From sequence record DRR723986_6741: DNA of 51,902 bases; one strand, 5' to 3'. Below the pieces are notes generated by a model. That model saw only the letters and a list, made by a program, of their open reading frames with translations. It had not been told where the DNA came from and did not search any database. The position numbers were made by a program, and so were the translations under genes. Positions 28,700-38,075 of the stretch are shown piece after piece (positions within the stretch are counted from its first letter, which is position 1; each line of letters starts with the position of its first letter).

Positions 28700-31600
28700 T
28701 TACGCCAATGATTTTGATTGTTCTAATGCTCTTTTCTCTAAAACTGCCTTGTAATCTCTAGGAATCACTTTAATAAACTTCTCTTTATAAGTATCCCATT
28801 CTTCTAGAAACTTAGTTCCTAACCCTGATTTAGTCAGTTTTACATGTCTTTTCAGGAATGTCTTGATTGTGCTGTAATCCTCATCTTCCAGAATATCGAT
28901 ATCGACCAATTCTGGATTGATCTCTGTAATGTAATCTTTAAGGATATAGGCAATCCCGCCGCTCATTCCGGCAGCAAAGTTTCGTCCTATCTCTCCAAGA
29001 TTCACTACCAAACCACCCGTCATGTATTCACAACCGTGATCACCAATTCCTTCTACTACAGTTTGTACACCGGAGTTTCTCACGCAGAATCGCTCCCCGC
29101 CTTTTCCATTGATGTATGCCTCACCAGAAGTAGCACCATAGAAAGCTACGTTACCAATGATGATATTTTCCTCAGGAACAAATTTGGCATTTCTGCTTGG
29201 GTAGATGATCAGTTTTCCGCCGGAAAGACCTTTTCCAAAGTAATCATTGGCTTCACCTTCTAGTTCGAAATTGACTCCCTTGGTAAGGAATCCTCCAAAT
29301 GTCTGGCCTGCAGACCCTGTGAATTTGAAGTTGATGGTATCCTCAGGTAATCCTGGACTACCGTATATTTTAGAAATCTCATTGGAAAGCATCGCTCCCA
29401 CTGACCTATCAATATTTTTGATCTGGAAACTTCCAGAGGAAGCCATCGCTTGTTCAAGTGATGGTAGTGCAGCTTTGATTAGCTGCCGGTCCAAAACTCT
29501 CTTCAGTTCAAAATCCTGATCAATTTGCTTGTGAATACCTACGTGATCTGGAACTTCTACCTTATGGAATATTGGACTTAAGTCCACTTTATCCCATTTC
29601 CAATGGTTCAGATGTCCGGTAGACTGAAGCACGTTGCTTTGTCCGACCATTTCATCTATTGTACGGAAACCTAGCGAAGCCATGATTTCACGTAAATCTT
29701 GTACCAAGAATTGGAAGTAGTTTACCACGTGATCTGGATCACCTGTAAATAATTTTCGTAGATCTGGATTTTGAGTTGCAATTCCAACTGGACAAGTGTT
29801 CAGGTGGCATTTTCTCATCATAATACATCCTTCCACTACTAGAGCAGCAGTAGAAATTCCCCACTCTTCAGCTCCTAGAAGGGTTGCAATCGCAAGATCA
29901 CGCCCAGTCCTTAGCTGACCATCGGTTTGAAGGACAACACGGCTACGTAAGTTGTTTTTCACTAGCGTTTGATGTGCTTCAGAGAGTCCAAGCTCCCATG
30001 GTAAACCTGCATGACGAATTGAACTCAATGGAGATGCTCCTGTTCCTCCATCTGCTCCAGAGATGAGGATCACATCAGCCATGGCCTTAGCCACACCTGC
30101 TGCTACAGTCCCGACTCCCGCTTGGGAAACAAGCTTGACATTGATTCTGGCTTTTCTATTCGCATTTTTCAAATCGTAAATCAGCTGAGCCAAATCCTCG
30201 ATAGAATAAATATCGTGGTGTGGTGGAGGAGATATCAAACCTACGCCAGGCGTGGAGTGTCTTACTCTACCGATCCAATCATCTACTTTATGTCCTGGAA
30301 GCTGACCACCTTCACCAGGTTTTGCCCCTTGTGCCATTTTAATTTGGAGCTCGGCGGCATTTGTTAGGTAATTACTAGTTACGCCGAATCTACCGGAGGC
30401 TACTTGCTTAATCGCTGAGCGTTCCCAGTCTCCATTTTCTTTTTTGGCAAATCGAATTTCGTCTTCTCCGCCTTCTCCAGAGTTACTCTTGGCACCTATC
30501 CTGTTCATGGCTATCGCCAAAGTAGAGTGTGCTTCGTGAGAAATAGATCCAAATGACATCGCACCAGTGGCAAACCTTCTCATAATGGAAGATGCCGGCT
30601 CTACTTCGTCAATTGGTACAGAGATTCGTTTTTTGAATTCAAATAAGCCCCTTAAGGTCAAAGCATCTTTACTTTGCTCATTGATTTTGGCTGCAAATTT
30701 CTTATACAAAGCAAAATCATTCAAGCGGGTAGATTTCTGAAGTAGGTGGATTGTTTCAGGATTGAATAAGTGTTTTTCACCCCTTCTTTTCCACTGATAC
30801 ACGCCTCCTTGCTCTAGAATAGGAGAATCTGTCTCATAAGCGGCCCTATGACGAATCAAGACTTCTTCAGCCAATTCGTCAAAAGCTATACCTGAGATTC
30901 TGGAAATTGTTCCTTTAAAACATCTATCAATAACTTCTGGTCCAAGTCCTACTGCTTCGAAAATCTGTGCACTTTGGTAAGACTGAAGCGTACTGATTCC
31001 CATTTTGGAAAGCACTTTCAGTAGTCCTTTTCCTATCGCCGCTTGATAATTTGAGAATAATTTCTTCTGGTTTTTTGCATTAGGCAATTCACCTTTTTCA
31101 AACATATCCAAAAGAGATTCCAATGCCATGTATGGATTGATGGCAGAAGCACCGTATCCAATTGCAGTTGCGAAATGATGTGTTTCGCGGATATCTCCAG
31201 ATTCCAGCACCAAGCCGGCGCTAGTTCTTATTTTCTTTTTGACAAGATGATGGTGAACTGCCCCGATCGCCAATAGAGATGGGATTGGTGCATATTCTTT
31301 AGTACTATTTCTGTCAGAAATAATGATGACATTTTTTCCTTCACTAATTGCTTTTTCAGCCTCATCACATAGCTTGTCAAGCGCTTCCAAAAGCCTTCCT
31401 GGCTGGTGATCTGCTAGGAAATGACTGGAAAGAGTAGCACATCTATAGCCTTGCCCTTCCATATTCTGAATCTTTTCCAGGTCTTCATTTAGCAGTACTG
31501 GCTGGGAAATATGGATTTGACGCGTGTGCTTAGGACTTTCTTCCAAAATATTCTGTCCTACGCCCAATCGGGTGAACAAAGACATTACCAAACGCTCACG

Positions 31601-33190
31601 AATCGGATCGATCGGAGGATTACTTACCTGCGCAAAGAGCTGCTTGAAGTAATTGGAAATATGCTGACTTTCTTTGGATAGAACAGCTAATGGGGTATCC
31701 GCTCCCATTGAGCCAATTGCTTCATAGGCAGTATCTCCCATTGGGCTCAAGACTACTTTGAGTTCCTCAGAAGTGTATCCAAATATAGTTTGGTGCTTTT
31801 TAATGTTCTCGGTAGAATATGGATGAGTCAGCGTTTTTGGGGCATCCTCCAGACGAAGTTTGATTCGCTGGTCTGCTACCCACTGCTCATAAGGCTGTTT
31901 TCTGCAGATTTCACCTTTTACTTCCTCATCAAATACCACTCGGCCTTTTTCCAAATCAGCCCAAATCATTCTACCTGGACTGATTCTGCCTTTTTCTAAT
32001 ATTGTAGCTTCCCGAATAGGCAATGCTCCTGCCTCGGAAGAAAGAATCAGTCTTTGATCTTTAGTAATAAAGTATCTAAGTGGACGCAGGCCATTTCTGT
32101 CAAGCGTAGCACCAACAGATTTTCCATCTGTAAAGAGCAAAGCAGCTGGACCATCCCATGGCTCAACAAGTGAAGCATGGAATTTATAGAATGATTTTCT
32201 GTCCCGATCCATCACTTCATTATCCTGCCAAGCTTCTGGCACAAGCATCATCATAGCATGAGGAAGGGATCTACCACTCAACGTGAGAAGTTCTACCATC
32301 GCGTCAAGATTCGCTGAATCAGACTTCTGCTTATCAGTAATAGGCATCAAGCGAGAAAGCTCCTCATCAGTGAAAAACTTCGATTTCATGAGGTTTTCCT
32401 TAGACTTCATCTTATTCAGATTCCCTTTGATCGTATTGATCTCACCATTGTGAGAAAGGAATCGGAATGGCTGTGCCAATCTCCAGTTTGGAAAAGTATT
32501 GGTAGAGAATCGTGAGTGTACAATTGCAAATGCAGAGCCTATTCTCGGGTTTTGTAAGTCTTTGTAAAAAGCCAATACCTGATCAGTCCGAAGTTGTCCC
32601 TTATATATAAGTGTCTGACTGCTCAAACTCGCAAAATAGAAGGACTGGTTTACTCCTGGAATCTTAGTGTTGATTTCAGAAGTGGAATAGTTTCTAAGCA
32701 CATAAAGCTTGCGCTCCAATTCAATTCCTGTGAGTCCCTTTTTATGCTTGACAAAAAGTTGCTCTATATTAGGCATCACTTCTAGTGCTCCGGAACCTGG
32801 TACGGTTTCGTCCACCGGCACGGATCTATATCCGATTAATTCAAAACCCAACTCATCAATAAGTTGATTAAGTAGTTCTTTTGACTTGTGGAATAGTTGC
32901 TTATTCTTTGGGAAAAACGTCATGCCCACGCCATAAGATCCAGCTTCTGGAAGCTCGATTTCTGTACGTGCAGTGATATCCTTAAGGAACTGATGTGGTA
33001 CCTGAATTAATATGCCAGCACCATCGCCAGATTTGGGATCAGCCCCTCTTCCACCACGGTGCTCCATGTTGCTCAGCATGTATAAGGCATCGCTAATTGT
33101 CTCATGTGAGGGTACTGCGCTCAAATCGACAACTGCACCTATACCGCAGGAGTCATGCTCAAACTCCGATCGATACAAACCTTCTTGCAT
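28700..33190 (-). CDS. gltB: Glutamate synthase large subunit
   Basis: EHDSCG N-terminal nucleophile, HSRFSTNT, HNGEINT, QGAKPGEGGQLPG, CIMMRKCHLNTCP, GXGXG domain; ATG 33190 preferred. Confidence 0.98.
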   Translation of the reverse strand: MQEGLYRSEFEHDSCGIGAVVDLSAVPSHETISDALYMLSNMEHRGGRGADPKSGDGAGILIQVPHQFLKDITARTEIELPEAGSYGVGMTFFPKNKQLFHKSKELLNQLIDELGFELIGYRSVPVDETVPGSGALEVMPNIEQLFVKHKKGLTGIELERKLYVLRNYSTSEINTKIPGVNQSFYFASLSSQTLIYKGQLRTDQVLAFYKDLQNPRIGSAFAIVHSRFSTNTFPNWRLAQPFRFLSHNGEINTIKGNLNKMKSKENLMKSKFFTDEELSRLMPITDKQKSDSANLDAMVELLTLSGRSLPHAMMMLVPEAWQDNEVMDRDRKSFYKFHASLVEPWDGPAALLFTDGKSVGATLDRNGLRPLRYFITKDQRLILSSEAGALPIREATILEKGRISPGRMIWADLEKGRVVFDEEVKGEICRKQPYEQWVADQRIKLRLEDAPKTLTHPYSTENIKKHQTIFGYTSEELKVVLSPMGDTAYEAIGSMGADTPLAVLSKESQHISNYFKQLFAQVSNPPIDPIRERLVMSLFTRLGVGQNILEESPKHTRQIHISQPVLLNEDLEKIQNMEGQGYRCATLSSHFLADHQPGRLLEALDKLCDEAEKAISEGKNVIIISDRNSTKEYAPIPSLLAIGAVHHHLVKKKIRTSAGLVLESGDIRETHHFATAIGYGASAINPYMALESLLDMFEKGELPNAKNQKKLFSNYQAAIGKGLLKVLSKMGISTLQSYQSAQIFEAVGLGPEVIDRCFKGTISRISGIAFDELAEEVLIRHRAAYETDSPILEQGGVYQWKRRGEKHLFNPETIHLLQKSTRLNDFALYKKFAAKINEQSKDALTLRGLFEFKKRISVPIDEVEPASSIMRRFATGAMSFGSISHEAHSTLAIAMNRIGAKSNSGEGGEDEIRFAKKENGDWERSAIKQVASGRFGVTSNYLTNAAELQIKMAQGAKPGEGGQLPGHKVDDWIGRVRHSTPGVGLISPPPHHDIYSIEDLAQLIYDLKNANRKARINVKLVSQAGVGTVAAGVAKAMADVILISGADGGTGASPLSSIRHAGLPWELGLSEAHQTLVKNNLRSRVVLQTDGQLRTGRDLAIATLLGAEEWGISTAALVVEGCIMMRKCHLNTCPVGIATQNPDLRKLFTGDPDHVVNYFQFLVQDLREIMASLGFRTIDEMVGQSNVLQSTGHLNHWKWDKVDLSPIFHKVEVPDHVGIHKQIDQDFELKRVLDRQLIKAALPSLEQAMASSGSFQIKNIDRSVGAMLSNEISKIYGSPGLPEDTINFKFTGSAGQTFGGFLTKGVNFELEGEANDYFGKGLSGGKLIIYPSRNAKFVPEENIIIGNVAFYGATSGEAYINGKGGERFCVRNSGVQTVVEGIGDHGCEYMTGGLVVNLGEIGRNFAAGMSGGIAYILKDYITEINPELVDIDILEDEDYSTIKTFLKRHVKLTKSGLGTKFLEEWDTYKEKFIKVIPRDYKAVLEKRALEQSKSLA

Positions 33191-33583
33191 TTTTATAGAA
33201 TTTATTAGGTTCAAAATTTCCAAAAATTACAAAAAAAAAATGTCCTATTAAAATTACGGCAATAAAACGGGTGCTTTAGTGCCTTATTACTTATGGATTT
33301 TAACTTTATTAAAATTTTGGCAATTACCTTTTTGGTGTGAAAAATTGAACGTAGCTGTAAATTTTATAGCGGTATTTGAATAGATAGGGTGTTTTTTGAC
33401 ACTTTTCCAGAAAAAAGTATGTCATGATTTTAGTTTTGGGGTACCCAAAATTAATCTTAAAAAAAATAAAATTATTTTCCGTGAATTTTCTTTCGAATTC
33501 GTCGATTCGTTGTTTAATGATTCAGCTGAAGAATATTATTCTGAATTCATTGAATAATTAAAAATATTGTAATTGGCTGCTTT

Positions 33584-34933
33584 TCAATCAGTATAAGGCC
33601 CTAATGAATCCTTGTCTAAAGAATTAATGTGAACCTTTACTTTTTTGATTTTCCGTGAATCCACTGCAAGGATGGTAAATTCAAAATCCTCAAACTTGAT
33701 CTTTGTGCCATTCTTTGGCAATTTGGAATTCAACTCTAAAAGCAAGCCTCCAAGTGATTCGCTTTCACCTTTTACCTCTTCGAAAATCTGTCCGTCTAAT
33801 TCCAGTTTTTTACAAAAATCATTGAGAGATACCTTTCCTTCAAAAATGAAGGTAGAAGGATCAATTTCCTGAAAGAAGATATCATCATGGTCATCAAATT
33901 CATCATTGATTTCCCCAATAATTTCTTCTATCAAATCTTCCAATGTGACCAAACCAGACGTTCCTCCATACTCATCCACAACGATAGCCATGTGGACTCG
34001 CTTCAATTGAAAATCCTTTAAAAGAGTATCTACTTTCTTATTTTCCGGTACGAAGAAACTCTTTCGGATTAATTCATTCCATGCAAAATCTTCGTCTTTT
34101 TCAATGTATGGAAGTAGGTCCTTTATGTAGAGTATGCCTTGAATATTGTCAATAGTTTCTTCGTAAACCGGGATTCTAGAATAGCCACTTTTATTGATTT
34201 TGTCCATCAGTTCATGGAAATCCATTTCCATATCTACTGCCGTGATGTCCATGCGGCTTTGCATCACCTGCTTTACTGTAAGGGTACCAAAGTTTACGAT
34301 TCCTCGTAGTATCTCTCGTTCTTCATTTGGAGCGTCCTCAGTTGTCAATTCCAAGGCCTGATTCAGTTCATTTACCGAGAGGGAATAGCCCTTTTTTTCA
34401 ATCCTCTTTTCGAGTAAATTACTAAAGGCCATCAAGAACTTAGAAAAAGGTCGAAGTATTGTAGAGAAAAAACTGATACTTGGAGCCATGATTAGGCTAA
34501 ATTCGACCTTGGCTTTATTCGCATATACTTTCGGTACTATTTCCCCAAAAAACACGATTGCGAAAGTTACTCCAACCGTTTGGACAAGGATGATGATAAT
34601 TCCTGTGGCATTTTGCCCAAAGATGGACCATGCCACAAATGTAGTTAATGTCACTATCCCAATGTTAATTAGATTATTGAGGATCAGAATAGTGCTGAGC
34701 AGGTTTTTAGGCGACTCTACTAAGTTTATCACTTTTTTACCGCGAGGCGTATTATCCTCGTCGATATTGCCTAGATCTTCATTGGTTAGGGAAAAAAATG
34801 CTACCTCTGAACCAGAAACCAGGGCAGAGCCTATTAATAGTAGTATAAAAAGCAATCCATTTAGAATCAAATAACTTACCGAAGGTGAGCTAATCTGAGC
34901 GAGTAAATGGTAACTCGGGTAGGGATCGTCCAT
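33584..34933 (-). CDS. gldE: Gliding motility-associated protein GldE (CNNM/DUF21 + CBS + CorC)
   Basis: SGSEVAFFSL, FGEIVPK, SGYSRIPVY, HMAIVVDEYGGTSGLVTLED; located next to ssb. Confidence 0.88.
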   Translation of the reverse strand: MDDPYPSYHLLAQISSPSVSYLILNGLLFILLLIGSALVSGSEVAFFSLTNEDLGNIDEDNTPRGKKVINLVESPKNLLSTILILNNLINIGIVTLTTFVAWSIFGQNATGIIIILVQTVGVTFAIVFFGEIVPKVYANKAKVEFSLIMAPSISFFSTILRPFSKFLMAFSNLLEKRIEKKGYSLSVNELNQALELTTEDAPNEEREILRGIVNFGTLTVKQVMQSRMDITAVDMEMDFHELMDKINKSGYSRIPVYEETIDNIQGILYIKDLLPYIEKDEDFAWNELIRKSFFVPENKKVDTLLKDFQLKRVHMAIVVDEYGGTSGLVTLEDLIEEIIGEINDEFDDHDDIFFQEIDPSTFIFEGKVSLNDFCKKLELDGQIFEEVKGESESLGGLLLELNSKLPKNGTKIKFEDFEFTILAVDSRKIKKVKVHINSLDKDSLGPYTD

Positions 34934-34956
34934 GTATTAAACCGCAATGGTTAATG

Positions 34957-34964
34957 CAAAATTA
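34957..34964 (-). promoter_or_regulatory. Bacteroidota sigma-A -7 element for gldE
   Basis: TAATTTTG on the minus strand, 23 nt upstream of the ATG. Confidence 0.55.
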
Positions 34965-35003
34965 AAAAATTCCCCTGAAAATAGCTTCCAGAGGAATAGA
35001 TTA

Positions 35004-35471
35004 TTAAAATGGTAGATCGTCATCTTCCGTATCTGAGACCATTTCTTGTGCTTTTGGTGCAGAAGTAGGAGCTGCAGATGCCGGTCTTTGTTGATTTGAT
35101 TGCTGTGGAGCATTAGTGTTTCCTCCCATCGCACCATCTGGCTTGGCTCCGAGCATAGTGAAGCTTAACACTCTGATTTTAGTACGGTAGCGATTTTGAC
35201 CTTGCTCATCTTGCCATTTGTCAGTTTTGAGTTTGCCTTCCACATAGATCTGACTGCCTTTTTTGAGGTATTGCTCAGCGATTTTTGCCTGAGCTCCCCA
35301 CATTTCCAGGTCGTGCCATTCCGTTTGCTCTACACGTTCGCCATTTCGATTTTTGTAAGCTTCGGTAGTTGCGATGCTAAGATTTGCTACTGCATTGTCA
35401 CCTTCCAAATATTTAACTTCTGGATCTGACCCAAGATTACCCACTAAGATTACTTTATTTACTCCTGCCAT
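35004..35471 (-). CDS. ssb: Single-stranded DNA-binding protein
   Basis: VNKVILVGNLG.DPE, TEWH, YVEGKL, C-terminal DDLPF. Confidence 0.97.
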   Translation of the reverse strand: MAGVNKVILVGNLGSDPEVKYLEGDNAVANLSIATTEAYKNRNGERVEQTEWHDLEMWGAQAKIAEQYLKKGSQIYVEGKLKTDKWQDEQGQNRYRTKIRVLSFTMLGAKPDGAMGGNTNAPQQSNQQRPASAAPTSAPKAQEMVSDTEDDDLPF

Positions 35472-35518
35472 AGTTTAGTTTATTTTAAAGTTTGAAAAAA
35501 TCTAATACTTGAAGGTAC

Positions 35519-36592
35519 TCAAATCCCTTGATCGTTCAAAAAGTTTACGATCAACTTCGGTTTAGCCAGATATTCAATTTTGTCCTCTGCTACCAGCATA
35601 AAACCCTCCTTTTCGCACCAGTTTTCAAGCTGATCCAAATTTTCTTCCTTTATTTCTATTTCTGAGAAAACAGCATTCAATCGCTGGTGTGACAGAATGT
35701 GTCTGTATTTTTTTGGGAATGGCTGAAATTCCTTCTCGCTAGCTGAAGGAATATCGATAGCTTGGAAATTTTGATCCTCTTTAGTTTCTTCCTGAGGAAA
35801 GTCAAATAGCCCTTCCCAGATATCACCGGAGGTTCTTTTTTTCCAAACCCATTTACCACCGCACTTGATCACATAGTAATGGAAGTGACGCTCTTTAATT
35901 TTCACTTTATTGATTTTCACAGGTAGATCCGACACCATATTATATAGGAGGGCAAAACAAGACGATTTGAGAGGGCATATTTCGCATCCTGGATTTTTGG
36001 GCGTACACATCCTTGCTCCAAAATCCATCATTGCCTGATTAAACTCTCCGGGTTGATCTATTGGGATAATTTGGTTGGCTAAAGCTTCGAATTCTTTCTT
36101 CGCCCTAGAACTCGCGATGTCTGTTTCTATACCGAAATATCGTGCTAGCACCCGGAATACATTTCCATCTACCACTGCCTTTACCTCACCATAAGCAAAA
36201 CTGGCAATTGCAGACGCGGTATAGCTGCCAACTCCTTTTAGTTTAAGTAGCTCATCATACGTGTTGGGGAAAATACCGTTCATGTCAAACCAGATACTCT
36301 TTGCACAAGCATGAAGGTTGCGGGCTCGACTATAATACCCCAGCCCCTGCCACAATCTCAGTACCTCTTCCTCTGGAGCCAAAGCGAGATCTTTTACCGT
36401 AGGATAAGCCTCGACAAAAGCATAATAATAAGGTAACCCTTGAGCGACGCGAGTTTGCTGAAGAATGATTTCTGAGAGCCAAATTTTGTATGGATTATGG
36501 GTTTCTCTCCATGGTAATTCACGTGGGTTTTCTTTATACCAAGTTAGTATTTGATACGAAAAAGTCTGATATTCAGTGGTTTTGTGATCCAT
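35519..36592 (-). CDS. mutY: A/G-specific adenine glycosylase
   Basis: LPWR, SEIILQQT, WQGLGYYSRARNL, HhH LKGVG.YTA, VDGNV.RV, C-X6-C-X2-C-X5-C; ATG 36592 preferred. Confidence 0.96.
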   Translation of the reverse strand: MDHKTTEYQTFSYQILTWYKENPRELPWRETHNPYKIWLSEIILQQTRVAQGLPYYYAFVEAYPTVKDLALAPEEEVLRLWQGLGYYSRARNLHACAKSIWFDMNGIFPNTYDELLKLKGVGSYTASAIASFAYGEVKAVVDGNVFRVLARYFGIETDIASSRAKKEFEALANQIIPIDQPGEFNQAMMDFGARMCTPKNPGCEICPLKSSCFALLYNMVSDLPVKINKVKIKERHFHYYVIKCGGKWVWKKRTSGDIWEGLFDFPQEETKEDQNFQAIDIPSASEKEFQPFPKKYRHILSHQRLNAVFSEIEIKEENLDQLENWCEKEGFMLVAEDKIEYLAKPKLIVNFLNDQGI

Positions 36593-36663
36593 GGTCAATA
36601 ATATTCTATCATACAAATCAAGCTAATTTTTATGAATAAGTTTTTTAATTACAATGGTTGTCT

Positions 36664-36671
36664 TACATTTG
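36664..36671 (+). promoter_or_regulatory. Bacteroidota sigma-A -7 element for the HU operon
   Basis: TACATTTG, an exact TAnnTTTG match. Confidence 0.6.
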
Positions 36672-36737
36672 CAGTCCCAAAAACACTTGGTTAATAGGTT
36701 GTTAAGCTTATTTCGTAATTTCTAAATTAATATTACA

Positions 36738-37046
36738 GTGACTAAAGCAGAAGTAATCACTAAGATTTCGGACAAAACAGGAATCCAGAAGGATGATGTT
36801 ACACAAGCCATTGAGGCGTTCTTCAAAGTAGTGAAGGATTCAATGTCTGAAGGAGACAACATCTACGTGAGAGGATTTGGTAGCTTCATCAACAAGAAGA
36901 GAGCTAAAAAAATCGCCAGAAACATCTCCAAAAACACAGCTATCGTGATCGACGAGCATTACATCCCGGCTTTCAAGCCATCTAAGGTGTTTGTAGAGAA
37001 GATCAAAAACAGTAAAAAAATCAAGGAACTAGCTCCTCAGGACTAA
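36738..37046 (+). CDS. HU/IHF-family DNA-binding protein
   Basis: MTKAEVI, VRGFGSF, RA.K.ARN, PAFKPSK; GTG start. Confidence 0.95.
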   Translation: MTKAEVITKISDKTGIQKDDVTQAIEAFFKVVKDSMSEGDNIYVRGFGSFINKKRAKKIARNISKNTAIVIDEHYIPAFKPSKVFVEKIKNSKKIKELAPQD

Positions 37047-37064
37047 GTCTGAAGAGTTTTTGAC

Positions 37065-37892
37065 ATGAAAAGATCTCAACTCATACTTATTGCACTAGGG
37101 ATCGTCGCAGTCGGAGGATTGTATGTTCTTCCTACTGTGGTCGTAGACAATGAAAGTAAAGCAGATTCAGTTTCCCAGGAAACTGGAGCCGCAGCCACTT
37201 CATCCGAGGATCCAGTAGCAATGCATGAGGCTGAGTTAAGTCCTGATCAGAGGCTTCAGATAAATACACTGAAACTTCAGATCGCTGAAAACACTTCGAA
37301 AGAGGAAATGAAATCTTCCTCGGAAGAAATCGCAGCAATCTATCAGGAACTTGGGAAGTACGATAGTGCTGGGTATTATCTTAGTTTAGCTGCTGATCAG
37401 CAGTCGGACCTGGTATTAGCAGAGAAAGCAGGAAACGCTTATTATGAAGCATTCAGTTTCGCGCTAGATCCAGAGAAAGTATCCTATACTGCCGAGCAGA
37501 CCCGAAAGTATTTAAATCAGGTGCTGGATAACGATCCCACCCGTTTGGATTTGAAAACCAAGGTAGCGATGACTTATGTGTCCTCGTCCAATCCTATGCA
37601 AGGGATCACAATGCTAAGAGAAATCTTGGAGCAGGATCCACAAAATGAGGATGGACTGTTCAACATGGGCGTACTATCTATGCAATCAGGTCAGTATAAG
37701 CGTGCCACCGAGAGATTTGAGGAATTAATCCAATATCACCCGGACAACCTTCAGGGGCAATTTTATCTGGCAGTGAGCTATTTCGAAGCCAAACAAAACA
37801 ACAAAGCGAAAGCCCAGTTTGAGAAAGTGAAAGCGATGACTACCGATGAAATGATTCTTGGAAGTATCGAAAGCTATCTCGACAAGCTATAA
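37065..37892 (+). CDS. Membrane-anchored tetratricopeptide-repeat protein
   Basis: N-terminal TM/signal; TPR-like helices (GLFNMGVLSMQSGQYKRA, GQFYLAVSYF). Confidence 0.85.
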   Translation: MKRSQLILIALGIVAVGGLYVLPTVVVDNESKADSVSQETGAAATSSEDPVAMHEAELSPDQRLQINTLKLQIAENTSKEEMKSSSEEIAAIYQELGKYDSAGYYLSLAADQQSDLVLAEKAGNAYYEAFSFALDPEKVSYTAEQTRKYLNQVLDNDPTRLDLKTKVAMTYVSSSNPMQGITMLREILEQDPQNEDGLFNMGVLSMQSGQYKRATERFEELIQYHPDNLQGQFYLAVSYFEAKQNNKAKAQFEKVKAMTTDEMILGSIESYLDKL

Positions 37893-37923
37893 ATTATTTG
37901 TATCACTACTAAATCCAAAGACT

Positions 37924-38013
37924 ATGCCTTGCGGAAAGAAAAGAAAAAGACATAAGATCGCTACGCACAAGCGTAAGAAGAGACTAAGAAAAAACAGACA
38001 TAAGAAGAAGTAA
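37924..38013 (+). CDS. 30S ribosomal protein bS22-like (AURKAIP1/COX24/mS38 family), 29 aa
   Basis: MPCGKKRKRHKIATHKRKKRLRKNRHKKK*; below the ORF-track cutoff; preceded by an A-rich Bacteroidota-style initiation region. Confidence 0.9.
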   Translation: MPCGKKRKRHKIATHKRKKRLRKNRHKKK

Positions 38014-38075
38014 TACACTTCTTCTTATTGTCATTTGAGTAAACGTTCATTTACATAGTATAATAAGACGAGATT

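Noticed and set aside
34937-35137. 66-aa ORF overlapping the ssb 3' end
   Set aside because: Out-of-frame reading of the low-complexity SSB linker; ssb ends normally in DDLPF, so no frameshift is indicated.
36515-36530. CACGTG core as a possible parS site (also near 22239 and 29726)
   Set aside because: Flanks do not match TGTTTCACGTGAAACA.
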